Assembly: GCA_009699575.1 (NCBI GenBank)
Contig: WLNY01000001.1
Location: 2,211-66,210 of the forward strand
Direction of reading: 5' to 3'
Source: Actinomycetota bacterium
GTDB taxonomy: Bacteria; Actinomycetota; Actinomycetes; Nanopelagicales; Nanopelagicaceae
Length of the DNA: 64,000 nt
Part shown: piece after piece, positions 18,703-28,260 of the stretch
Layout: every line of letters starts with the position of its first letter
Numbering within the stretch: the stretch's first letter is position 1
Notes under the pieces: model-generated
Seen by the model: only the letters and a program-made list of their open reading frames with translations
The model's database searches: none
What the model was told of the DNA's origin: nothing
Program-made: the position numbers and the translations under genes

Positions 18703-19842
18703 GTGACCCTAAAGAACCTACTCCTTCTAGGCCAAGGCTCAGATCTGCAAAGTGAACGAGGCGTCTCGTGCACGGGAGAACTCCCCGAGCCCAGCGATCC
18801 CACACTTATAGAACGAGCCAGAATTGCACGAGCTGCACTTGGGGATCGCGCCCTTATTTTGGGTCATCACTATCAACGAGATGAAGTCATTGAATTTGCC
18901 GATATCACTGGCGATTCATTCAAGCTGGCCCAATCTGCCGCTGCGCAATCAAGTGCGGAATTCATTATTTTTTGTGGCGTTCACTTTATGGCTGAAAGTG
19001 CTGACATCTTAACTTCTAAAAAACAGCAAGTAATTCTGCCTGACTTGGCTGCTGGGTGTTCTATGGCAGATATGGCCACGGCCAATCAAGTACAGCACTG
19101 TTGGGAACAGTTAGCGCAAGCTGGCGTCGCAGATGTGACAATTCCTGTGACATATATGAATTCATCTGCTGCGATTAAATCTTTTACAGGCGAACATGGT
19201 GGAACCATTTGCACCTCTTCTAATGCGCAATCTGCAATGGCGTGGGCGTTGACGCAAGGGGAAAAGATTTTATTCTTACCCGACCAGCACTTAGGACGCA
19301 ATACAGCAGTACTTGCACTTGGGTATTCACTCGATGATTGTGTTCTGTGGAACCCATGGAAACCAATGGGTGGTTTAACAGTTGAAGAGATCCGCGCCGC
19401 GAAAATTATTTTGTGGCGGGGACATTGTTCGGTACATGGTCGCTTTTCCATTGACTCCGTCAATGACATTCGCCAACGGGTTCCAGGAGTAAAAGTTTTG
19501 GTTCATCCTGAATGTCAGCACGAAGTTGTGTGTGCAGCCGATGAAGTTGGTTCTACTGAAATGATCATTAGGACTGTTGCAAACTCTCCAGCGGGCTCGA
19601 AATGGGCGATTGGAACTGAACTCAATTTGGTCTCGCGATTGGCACGTACTCACCCGGATAAGGAGATTTACTTTCTCGATAAGGATGTCTGCTACTGCTC
19701 CACGATGAATCGAATAGACCTTCCCCATCTTGTCTGGGCTATGGAATCACTTGTGAAAGGCCATATCGTGAACGTCATCGAGGTGGACTCCACGGTCGCC
19801 TCCTACTCAAAACTCGCGTTGGAAAGAATGCTCGCCCTATAG
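18703..19842 (+). CDS. nadA: Quinolinate synthase
   Basis: LGHHYQ, FCGVHFMAE, AGCSMA, YMNS, CSVH, HPEC and CxTM motifs. Confidence 0.96.
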   Translation: MTLKNLLLLGQGSDLQSERGVSCTGELPEPSDPTLIERARIARAALGDRALILGHHYQRDEVIEFADITGDSFKLAQSAAAQSSAEFIIFCGVHFMAESADILTSKKQQVILPDLAAGCSMADMATANQVQHCWEQLAQAGVADVTIPVTYMNSSAAIKSFTGEHGGTICTSSNAQSAMAWALTQGEKILFLPDQHLGRNTAVLALGYSLDDCVLWNPWKPMGGLTVEEIRAAKIILWRGHCSVHGRFSIDSVNDIRQRVPGVKVLVHPECQHEVVCAADEVGSTEMIIRTVANSPAGSKWAIGTELNLVSRLARTHPDKEIYFLDKDVCYCSTMNRIDLPHLVWAMESLVKGHIVNVIEVDSTVASYSKLALERMLAL

Positions 19843-19850
19843 TTCGTTCC

Positions 19851-20393
19851 ATGAGCACTGATCACAATAAAGACTCCCAAAAAAAGGGCCGCCCAACGCC
19901 AAGTCGTAAAGAATCACAGGCAAAGAGAGTGACATCCTCTCTCGCTCCAGCTACAACGAAAGAAGCAAAACGTCGTCAAAAGGAGAATGGCCGCGCGGCT
20001 CGAATGACTTCACGTGCTGCGTTTCTTCGCGGTGAGGAAAGTGCGATGCCTTCTCGCGATGCAGGACCGGCTCGACGATTCGTTCGAAATTTCGTAGACT
20101 CTAAACGTTCAATCGGTGAATTCTTTCTACCAATTATTGGAATAGTTTTGGTGCTTTCAATAATTCCGTCCAAGCCTATTCAGTATGGCGCGATTGCTTT
20201 GATGTACGGCGTTCTCATTATTTCACTCTTCGATGGTTTCTTATTGACTCGTAAAATCAAAAAAGAAATTGCGATTCGTTTTCCTGGCACATCTACAAAA
20301 GGTTTGGGCCTCTACGGATGGCTACGCTCGACCCAGATGCGTCGTTTACGAACTCCTCATTGCCAAGTAAAAGCTGGGGACACCAACTTTTAA
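19851..20393 (+). CDS. DUF3043 family membrane protein
   Basis: KGRPTPSRKE, RDAGPARRFVRNFVD, two TM helices, RSTQMRRLR. Confidence 0.88.
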   Translation: MSTDHNKDSQKKGRPTPSRKESQAKRVTSSLAPATTKEAKRRQKENGRAARMTSRAAFLRGEESAMPSRDAGPARRFVRNFVDSKRSIGEFFLPIIGIVLVLSIIPSKPIQYGAIALMYGVLIISLFDGFLLTRKIKKEIAIRFPGTSTKGLGLYGWLRSTQMRRLRTPHCQVKAGDTNF

Positions 20394-21391
20394 GCTCTGG
20401 GTTTGGGACTTTCCGTTTTAGCAGGATCCTTCTCGGGCAATTTTCCTAGAGCGCCATCGATTGCTGACATGATCTGTGGGCTCAGTTTTACACCTGCAGC
20501 TTTTACGTTTTCCTTAATTTGAGATGGTTTGGTCGCACCCATGATTGCCGAAGAAACATTTGGATTTTGTAAAACCCAAGCAATAGCGAGTTGGGACATT
20601 GTGAGATCTGCATCCTTGGCAATAGGTGCAAGCTTTTGCACTGCGGTGAGAACATCATCATTCATCCATCGAGAGATCATGCCAGCGCCGCTCTTCTTGT
20701 CTGTGGCGCGCGAGCCAACTGGCGCTTTTTTTCCGGGTGCATATTTGCCAGTAAGGACGCCTTGGGCAATCGGTGACCAGACAATCTGACCTATCCCCTC
20801 GCGCGCAGAGAGTGGAATTACCTGCGACTCGATCACTCGCCATAGTGCTGAGTATTGCGGCTGACTGGAAATAAATCGGTTATACCCGCGTGCATCTTGA
20901 ATTTTGAGCGCTTCTTTAATTTGCGGAGCACTCCATTCTGAGAAACCGATGTAATGAACTTTTCCTGCACGTATCAAGTCATCGAATGCACTCAGAGTCT
21001 CTTCTAGCGGTGTCTCATAATCAAACCGATGAGCCTGGTACAAGTCGATGTGATCTGTTCCTAAACGCTTGAGAGATGCGTTACACGATTCCATAATGTG
21101 TTTGCGTGAAAGACCGCGATCATTTTTACCAGAACCAGTTGGCCAATATACCTTCGTAAATAATTCATATGACTCGCGTCTAACACCTTTGAGTGCGCGC
21201 CCCAAAACACTTTCAGCCTTAGTCGCCGCGTAGACATCAGCAGTATCAAATGTTGTTATGCCCTCTTCTAGCGCTGCCTTTACGCAATTTATGGCCGCTG
21301 TTGATTCAACTTGGGATCCATGGGTAATCCAGTTTCCGTACGAGATTTCTGAGACGTACATTCCAGAACTACCTAAGCGACGATATTCCAC
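20390..21391 (-). CDS. Aldo/keto reductase
   Basis: GNW, FDTADVY, TKV, DLYQAH and WSPIAQG motifs; start probably GTG 21391. Confidence 0.93.
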   Translation of the reverse strand: MEYRRLGSSGMYVSEISYGNWITHGSQVESTAAINCVKAALEEGITTFDTADVYAATKAESVLGRALKGVRRESYELFTKVYWPTGSGKNDRGLSRKHIMESCNASLKRLGTDHIDLYQAHRFDYETPLEETLSAFDDLIRAGKVHYIGFSEWSAPQIKEALKIQDARGYNRFISSQPQYSALWRVIESQVIPLSAREGIGQIVWSPIAQGVLTGKYAPGKKAPVGSRATDKKSGAGMISRWMNDDVLTAVQKLAPIAKDADLTMSQLAIAWVLQNPNVSSAIMGATKPSQIKENVKAAGVKLSPQIMSAIDGALGKLPEKDPAKTESPKPRA

Positions 21392-21510
21392 GAGTTCATC
21401 CCACTTTCTCAACAATTAAGGCGCAAACGCACTAGGGAGGACTCTAGGGGTGGCGCGCCTTGTTGCCAAGAACTGTCGGTATGTGGTTTGGTGTCCCCAC
21501 AACTAAATAA

Positions 21511-21665
21511 CTCATTGCTTCAGGGGAAGTTCGGTGCAATTCCGACGCTGACCCGCAACCGTAAATTTACATCACAACTATTTATAGTCTTTGTTGTAGA
21601 TAAGTCGGATTACCTGAATTGCTGAGATGAATATGACAACCACCCGCCGAGGTTTGCGGGGCGTA
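21511..21665 (+). promoter_or_regulatory. Cobalamin (B12) riboswitch
   Basis: CAGGGGAAGTTCGGTGCAATTCCGACGCTGACCCGCAACCGTAA ... AAGTCGGATTACCTG (B12 box), closing stem ctcattgcttcagg/cctgaattgctgag, downstream CCCGC-CGAGGTTT-GCGGG hairpin; upstream of an ECF transporter operon. Confidence 0.9.
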
Positions 21666-21743
21666 GTCCAGGTTTGAAGCTAATTTTCTTGGCTCTGTAC
21701 ATGGATGTGGCCCGTGAGACTCTGAAATTCTGAGAGGCTCTAT

Positions 21744-22271
21744 ATGAAAAAAATAACTCTACCGATCTCACTTTTGTTAGTTATTTCAGCTTCACTTTTC
21801 CTACCTTCATCTGCCAACGCTGCCAATACAGGATGGCGATATTGGGGTTATTTCCAAGCCGCACCTGGCGCAACACAGTGGACAGCGGCAATGACAGGGC
21901 CTACCGTCAACGTAAAGAACGGTTCGGTCGAGGGGTGGGCGTTCACCTTTAGCGGTGACGTGATTCCAGATGCAGCGACTCCAATTATTGCTCCTTCATT
22001 TAAATCTATTTGTGGACAAACGAAAGCGGTGAAAAATAAGAAGCGCATCGGTTTGGTAATTGATTTCGGTCCGAAATCCATCCGCCCTGATGGTGAAGTA
22101 GCGCCAAAAACAATGACTCGATGTGTTGTGGTGCCCATCAACGCACTTGGAATAGATGTCTTAGGAAAAGTAGCTAAAATCCGCGCAAATGCTTCTGGCC
22201 TTATCTGCGGAATTCGCCATTTTCCACTGAAAGAATGCGGTGTAGAAATCCCTACTCCGGCAACTTTGTAG
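21744..22271 (+). CDS. Secreted SCO2322-family protein
   Basis: Signal peptide (ANA-A), GWRYWGYF, GSVEGWAF, VIDFG and GLICGIxxFPxxECG; first gene after the B12 riboswitch. Confidence 0.75.
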   Translation: MKKITLPISLLLVISASLFLPSSANAANTGWRYWGYFQAAPGATQWTAAMTGPTVNVKNGSVEGWAFTFSGDVIPDAATPIIAPSFKSICGQTKAVKNKKRIGLVIDFGPKSIRPDGEVAPKTMTRCVVVPINALGIDVLGKVAKIRANASGLICGIRHFPLKECGVEIPTPATL

Positions 22272-22290
22272 TCGTCTTCGTCTAGCACGT

Positions 22291-23088
22291 ATGAAACGCA
22301 GCATGCATCCACTGACATGGTGGATATGGGCAATCTGTCTTGCTGTTGCTTCTGCCCGCTTTAAATCTCTTGCGCTCTCTCTTGTTGTGGTCCTTCTCGT
22401 TGCTTCAGTTGTTTACTCTCGCAACGAGAAGGCACCATGGTCTCAAACCTTTGGTTGGTCTCTAAAAATTGCCGTGTGGGTAATTGGAATACGAATGGCG
22501 ATTGCCATACTCATTGGAGTGCCAGTGCCAGGTAATACCGTCTTCACTCTTCCAATTATCCCCATGCCTAATTGGATAGCGGGAATTCGCCTAGGCGGTC
22601 CCGTGACTTCCGAGCGTTTAATTCTCACGGCACATGAAGCGATTGCGATGGCCTGCATTATTGTTTTACTTGGAGCCGCTTCATCGTTAACTAGTCCGCA
22701 TCAACTTCTGAGGGTTCTGCCTCTAGTCATCTATGAATTCGGAGTTGCCTTAGTAATTGCCACATCTGTAGTGCCGCAACTTGTCATCAGTTATGGTCGA
22801 ATCAGAGAAGCGCACTTTTTGCGAGGTGCGACAAAAATTTCCTTTAGAAAAATCGCGTTGCCATTAATGGAGGAGAGCTTGGCTCGCTCTCTGGACTTAG
22901 CTGCTGCCATGGATTCCAGAGGATACGGAATAAGTGCTAAAAGGTCTCGGTATAGACCTACGTCATTTACGATGGCTGACAAGATTCTCATCGCCTTATC
23001 GCTGACAACTTTCTTCTTTGCTCCTCTTACGCTCATAGCAGCTATAGCTCCACATATTCTTGCTCAATCATTTAGGAATACCGCATGA
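22291..23088 (+). CDS. ECF transporter transmembrane (T) component
   Basis: HPLTWW, multiple TM helices, LAAAMDSRGYG. Confidence 0.9.
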   Translation: MKRSMHPLTWWIWAICLAVASARFKSLALSLVVVLLVASVVYSRNEKAPWSQTFGWSLKIAVWVIGIRMAIAILIGVPVPGNTVFTLPIIPMPNWIAGIRLGGPVTSERLILTAHEAIAMACIIVLLGAASSLTSPHQLLRVLPLVIYEFGVALVIATSVVPQLVISYGRIREAHFLRGATKISFRKIALPLMEESLARSLDLAAAMDSRGYGISAKRSRYRPTSFTMADKILIALSLTTFFFAPLTLIAAIAPHILAQSFRNTA

Positions 23089-24695
23089 TCAGATTTACGA
23101 ATGTCTCACTTGTATATCCCAACTCAATCAATACGGTCATTGAAGATCTTTCCTTCACGATAAACGAAGGTGAAATGGTTTTGGTTATGGGCCCAACCGG
23201 TTCTGGAAAATCATCACTGTTGCGCCTTATCAATGGTCTTGTCCCCCATCACACCGGTGGCATTCTCGCTGGCGATATAAGCGTGGATGGTATTTCAACT
23301 CAGAGCGTTAAGCCCGGAGGTTTGGCGCATCTCATTGGGATTGTGGGGCAAAACCCATTAAACGGATTTGTGACTGACATTGTGGAAGATGAACTTGTCT
23401 TCGGAATGGAATCACTTAATCTTCCTCAAGATGTAATGCGAAAACGAGTTGAAGAAGTGCTGGATCTAATGAGCCTGTCACCTCTACGAAATCGTTCGAT
23501 TGCAACACTTAGCGGGGGCGAGCAACAAAGAGTCGCAATAGGAAGTGCCTTAGTGATGCATCCAAAAGTCTTAGTTCTCGACGAACCAACTAGCGCTCTT
23601 GATCCAATTGCAGCCGAAGAGGTTCTCTCTATTCTTCAAAGATTGGTTCACGATTTAAGCCTTACTGTCGTTATTGCAGAACATAAACTCGAACGTGTCA
23701 TCCAATTCGCCGATCGAGTTATCTACATTGATGGATTTGGTGCCACTCACATCGGTTCACCAGAGGAAATTCTACTGGAGTCTACGATCGCTCCCCCGAT
23801 TGTTCATTTAGCGCGAGCTTTGCATTTGGATGAGATTGGTTTGACGGTGAGAGAAGTTCGAAGAATGACATCGCAATTTCGTGGCAAATCAATCGCCCCA
23901 GTGCCCACCGAAACTCATTTCATTGGAGAATCGGTGATTAGCATTTCTAGCCTTTCTCTTAACTATGGCAATCACCAAGGGCTCAAAAGAGTTTCTACCG
24001 AATTTAAACAAGGGGAAATCGTTGCAGTAATGGGGCGCAACGGTGCTGGAAAAAGTTCGTTACTTCGAACAATTGCTGGAATAGTTAAGCCATCACAGGG
24101 CGGCGTTGAACTCCTCGGAAAAGATCCAGCAATCCTCAAGGGATACTCGCGTCGAACTTCAATTGGATTCATTCCACAGGAGCCAAGTGATTTGCTGTAT
24201 GGCCAAAGTGTGCAAGAGGAATGCACGCAATCCGATAAAGAGAATCACATAGAGTCGGGATCAACATTTAAAATACTAAATGACTTGGTTCCCGGAATTT
24301 CTCCCCGCACTCATCCGCGAGATCTTTCCGAAGGGCAGCGCTTAGCCCTTGCCTTAAGTGTGGTCCTTTCGGCAAGCCCTCAAATTTTGATTCTTGATGA
24401 ACCCACCCGTGGGCTCGATTATGAGGCCAAGTCCTCTTTGATTTTTGCATTAAAAGATTTCACGTATGTAAATAATCGCACCGTAATTCTTGCCACACAT
24501 GATGTTGAACTTGTCGCAGAACTAGCGTCACGCGTGATTTTTATTGCCGACGGTGAGATAGTCGCAGATGGATCCACATCGGATGTTTTACTCTCATCCC
24601 CAGCTTTTGCTCCTCAGGTAGCCAAGGTAATGGCGCCAGTTCCGTGGTTGACTGTTAAAGATGTTGTTCGTTCCATCGATGCGAATGCACCGTGA
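23085..24695 (+). CDS. ECF transporter duplicated ATPase
   Basis: Two Walker A motifs (GPTGSGKS, GRNGAGKS), LSGGEQQR/LSEGQR, DEPT twice. Confidence 0.93.
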   Translation: MIRFTNVSLVYPNSINTVIEDLSFTINEGEMVLVMGPTGSGKSSLLRLINGLVPHHTGGILAGDISVDGISTQSVKPGGLAHLIGIVGQNPLNGFVTDIVEDELVFGMESLNLPQDVMRKRVEEVLDLMSLSPLRNRSIATLSGGEQQRVAIGSALVMHPKVLVLDEPTSALDPIAAEEVLSILQRLVHDLSLTVVIAEHKLERVIQFADRVIYIDGFGATHIGSPEEILLESTIAPPIVHLARALHLDEIGLTVREVRRMTSQFRGKSIAPVPTETHFIGESVISISSLSLNYGNHQGLKRVSTEFKQGEIVAVMGRNGAGKSSLLRTIAGIVKPSQGGVELLGKDPAILKGYSRRTSIGFIPQEPSDLLYGQSVQEECTQSDKENHIESGSTFKILNDLVPGISPRTHPRDLSEGQRLALALSVVLSASPQILILDEPTRGLDYEAKSSLIFALKDFTYVNNRTVILATHDVELVAELASRVIFIADGEIVADGSTSDVLLSSPAFAPQVAKVMAPVPWLTVKDVVRSIDANAP

Positions 24696-25525
24696 AAACT
24701 AACCCTGTTTTTACATTCGGAACACGCTCTCGGGTAGTTCTTGTAATTACTTCTAGCGTAAGTATGGTCGGATTTCTTTGGCCTTTTATTTTCTTGGGAC
24801 AAGAGACTATTCCAAAGAATCAATGGTTCTTCTGGGTATCGACTCCCCTTGCTCTTTTTGTCATGATTGCTGAGATCAGTTCGAAAAGATTGGATGCAAA
24901 GTCAGTTGCGCTACTCGGCGTACTGGCTGCATTCATGGCAGCGCTTCGCCCCCTTGGCGCTGGCGCCGGAGGAATCGAGCCGATGTGGTTTATTTTGATT
25001 ATTAGTGCAAGAGTCTTTGGTAGTTCATTCGGATTTGTTTTGGGTATTTTGGCAATGCTCACTTCTGCATTTATAACTGGTGGGCTTGGTCCGTGGCTGG
25101 GGTATCAGGCATTTGCTGCAGGATGGATTGGTTTTTTAGCCGGTGCACTACCTCATACTTTTTTTGGCAAACATGTGACAAGAAAGCTGGAAATTGCACT
25201 ACTTGCACTGTATGGCGTTGTCGCTGGATTGCTATTTGGAATTTTGATGGACTTACAGTTTTGGCCGTGGGCACTCGGAGGAGGCACCGCGCTTTCATTT
25301 GACACTCATCTGGATCTGTTTCACAACCTTCAACGTTTTATTGTTTTTCACTTTGCTACATCTATGGCCTGGGATATTCCACGAGCGGTGCTCACAGCCA
25401 GTCTGATTCTCGCGACAGCTCCAACTTTTCTTCATGCACTCGAACGTACGAAACGTAGAGCATCTTTCCTCACGCCAATTGTTTTTAAAGCTGGAACTGA
25501 AACAATTACCGAACGTGGGAAGTAA
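24692..25525 (+). CDS. ECF transporter S component (probably cobalamin)
   Basis: ALRPLGAG..GIEP, GFVLG, SAFITGGLGPW and WDIPRA; under the B12 riboswitch. Confidence 0.88.
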   Translation: MKTNPVFTFGTRSRVVLVITSSVSMVGFLWPFIFLGQETIPKNQWFFWVSTPLALFVMIAEISSKRLDAKSVALLGVLAAFMAALRPLGAGAGGIEPMWFILIISARVFGSSFGFVLGILAMLTSAFITGGLGPWLGYQAFAAGWIGFLAGALPHTFFGKHVTRKLEIALLALYGVVAGLLFGILMDLQFWPWALGGGTALSFDTHLDLFHNLQRFIVFHFATSMAWDIPRAVLTASLILATAPTFLHALERTKRRASFLTPIVFKAGTETITERGK

Positions 25526-26594
25526 CGAAAGGTAACGTGACGACTTCAGCTGAAGATTCTCTACCTCGCACATCAATACTTACCAGTGTTCCAAGCGTCA
25601 CCGATGGGTCAAGCAAAGCTAATGCAATACCGTGCTTGAGAGTCGGTGAAAATGTCCCACTTGTAATCTCACCAATAACAATGCCGTCTGAATCTTTAAC
25701 CGACATACCTGCACGTGGTATTCCTCGATCGAGAGATTTAAGTCCGTGAAGAAATCTCCGTGGACCGTTACTGCGTTCATTCCTAAGAACTTCCGAACCA
25801 ATAAAGCTCTCTTTCTTCCAACCCACTGCCCACGAGGCACTTGCTTGTACCGGCGAAATGTCCAGGGTTAGTTCGTGCCCATGGAGCGGGTATCCCATTT
25901 CGGTTCGTAAAGTATCTCGAGCGCCAAGGCCGCACACCACGCCTCCAAACTCTTTCATCGCGGAATTGAGTGCTTCCCATACTATGTGAGCGTCTTGCCA
26001 GCGAGGAAGAATTTCAAAGCCTCGTTCACCGGTGTAACCAGTACGACAAAGAATTACTTCGACTCCACCAATAGTTACACGGTCAAAATTCATGTATTCG
26101 AGATTCGTTTGCACTCCAATTGATTCAAGCACCGCAGTAGCAAGTGGGCCCTGAAGGGCAATCACAGCAAAATCATTATGTAGATTTTTGACGGAAATGT
26201 GTGCCGGTGCGAGCTCGGCAAGTACGGCCACAACATCAGAAGTATTTGATGCATTCGGAACGAGGAAAACATCATTAGCACTATTTCGATAAGCAATGAG
26301 ATCATCAATTACGCCACCAGTCGGTGTGCATAACATTGTGTATTGCGCTGCGCCATCTGGAATACGATTGAGATCATTTGTAAGTGCGGTATTTAGAAAA
26401 TCTAACGCGCCTTCACCTGTAACACTTGCCTTTCCTAGGTGAGAAACATCAAACAAGCCAACTCTTTCTCTAACAGCCACATGTTCAGCGAGGACGCCGA
26501 ATCCAGGATATTCAATGGGCATTAACCACCCACCAAAATCTGCCATTTTGGCACCGAGGTCGAGATGGATCTGATGGAGAGGAGAGGTTTTCAC
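25506..26594 (-). CDS. gcvT: Glycine cleavage system aminomethyltransferase T
   Basis: FGGWLMP, FDVSHLG, RTGYTGERGFE and GLGARDTLRTE motifs. Confidence 0.96.
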   Translation of the reverse strand: MKTSPLHQIHLDLGAKMADFGGWLMPIEYPGFGVLAEHVAVRERVGLFDVSHLGKASVTGEGALDFLNTALTNDLNRIPDGAAQYTMLCTPTGGVIDDLIAYRNSANDVFLVPNASNTSDVVAVLAELAPAHISVKNLHNDFAVIALQGPLATAVLESIGVQTNLEYMNFDRVTIGGVEVILCRTGYTGERGFEILPRWQDAHIVWEALNSAMKEFGGVVCGLGARDTLRTEMGYPLHGHELTLDISPVQASASWAVGWKKESFIGSEVLRNERSNGPRRFLHGLKSLDRGIPRAGMSVKDSDGIVIGEITSGTFSPTLKHGIALALLDPSVTLGTLVSIDVRGRESSAEVVTLPFVTSHVR

Positions 26595-26697
26595 AGTCTC
26601 AATTTAACACCTGCGCCCGCAAAAGAGAGCGCAGCGCTACCCCTTGTCTTTATGTATGATTTGGCACTTCCCACGTGTGTGGCTCTAAGGAGAAACA

Positions 26698-28215
26698 ATG
26701 TCGACTATACGTCTGTCCGATAATTCAACCAAAGACAGCATTTTGGTTCTGGGACTTTCTTTCTCCAAAAAAAATAACAAGGAGAAGAATCAACAAGTAA
26801 ATCTTCATATAGAGCCTGGTGATGCCAAGGTAAATATAAAACTTCTCTCAGCCCAACTTCGCGACTTGGGTGCCACAGGTAAAAGTGATGAAGTCATCAA
26901 GATTCCTACAGAAAAGTCGACCCTCATTGTGTTCACTGGGTTAGGTGAAACATCTAATAACTACTCCCATGAGGTTCTACGTCGCGCTGCAGGAGCGGCC
27001 TCACGTGCGCTTCATGGAAATGCCAGCGCTACATTTGCACTACCTGCGTTTGATTCCGAAACGGTATGCGCAGTCGCTGAGGGCGCCGCACTAGGTGCAT
27101 ACACTTTTGATGAATTTAGAGGCTCAACAAAGATTGAAAGAAAAGCGCCCCTAAAGAACATCAATGTACTTACTTCGCTGGCCAAACGCCCCGAGGTAAA
27201 AGTTGGCGTAGCGCGAGCAGCACTCATTGCCCAATACACATTTCTTGCTCGAGATCTCATTAATACCCCACCGAGTCATCTCACTCCTGATTCTTTTACT
27301 AAGAAAATTAGTGCAGTTCTCAAAGAGGCAGGCGGAACCGCTTCTGGTTTAAAAATTACAATTCTGAATGAAAAGCAGTTGAAATCTCGTGGGTTTGGTG
27401 GAATTACTGCAGTAGGTCAAGGGTCGGCTAACCCTCCTAGGCTGTTACATATTTCGTACACTCCTAAAAAATCTCTTAAGAAGCTAGCTTTCGTCGGGAA
27501 GGGAATCACATTCGATAGTGGCGGACTTGCCCTTAAACCGGCGTTAGGGATGGAGGCGATGAAGTCAGATATGAGCGGAGCTGCAGCAGTGTGCGCGGCA
27601 ACTTTTATCATTGCCGCACTCAAACTCCCCGTCACAATTGAAACGTGGGCACCTCTAGCCGAAAATATGATCAGCGACACCGCAACGCGACCAAGTGACA
27701 TCATTACGATCTTTGGTGGAAAGACAGTCGAAGTACTTAATCCAGATGCAGAAGGTCGCCTAGTGTTAGCCGATGCAATGGTTAAAGCACAGGAAAGTAA
27801 ATCACTCGATGTCTTGGTAGATGTCGCAACCCTGACAGGAGCTCAAGTGGTTGCGTTAGGAACTCGAACCAGCGCAGTTATGACAAATAACGAGCCAATG
27901 AGAGAAATTTTCCTAGAAGCGGCGACTCACAGTGGCGAGGCGTTTTGGCCAATGCCGCTTCCTCAAGAGTTGCGTGCATCACTTGACTCACCAGTAGCCG
28001 ATCTTGCAAATATTGGCGAACGCATGGGCGGAATGCTTGTTGCTGGGTTATTTTTGAAAGATTTTGTGCGTGAAGACTTGCCCTGGCTCCATTTGGATAT
28101 TGCTGGCCCCGCCTACAACGAAGGCGATTGCCACGGATACACACCTGTGGGCGGAACGGGTATTGCTGTGCGATCTTTGGTCACCCTGGCCGAGAAGCTC
28201 GAGTTCGTTAAGTAG
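26698..28215 (+). CDS. pepA: Leucyl aminopeptidase (M17)
   Basis: VGKGITFDSGG, MKSDMSG, NPDAEGRL, DVATLTGA and HLDIAG motifs. Confidence 0.95.
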   Translation: MSTIRLSDNSTKDSILVLGLSFSKKNNKEKNQQVNLHIEPGDAKVNIKLLSAQLRDLGATGKSDEVIKIPTEKSTLIVFTGLGETSNNYSHEVLRRAAGAASRALHGNASATFALPAFDSETVCAVAEGAALGAYTFDEFRGSTKIERKAPLKNINVLTSLAKRPEVKVGVARAALIAQYTFLARDLINTPPSHLTPDSFTKKISAVLKEAGGTASGLKITILNEKQLKSRGFGGITAVGQGSANPPRLLHISYTPKKSLKKLAFVGKGITFDSGGLALKPALGMEAMKSDMSGAAAVCAATFIIAALKLPVTIETWAPLAENMISDTATRPSDIITIFGGKTVEVLNPDAEGRLVLADAMVKAQESKSLDVLVDVATLTGAQVVALGTRTSAVMTNNEPMREIFLEAATHSGEAFWPMPLPQELRASLDSPVADLANIGERMGGMLVAGLFLKDFVREDLPWLHLDIAGPAYNEGDCHGYTPVGGTGIAVRSLVTLAEKLEFVK

Positions 28216-28260
28216 CCCGAAGGCTGGCAAGATAGCCCTAAGAACTTTTGGGAGGCATGT

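Noticed and set aside
26595-26697. Glycine riboswitch upstream of gcvT
   Set aside because: Region is too short, lacks the GGAGA...CCGAAG/CUCUCAGG motifs, and gcvT appears leaderless.
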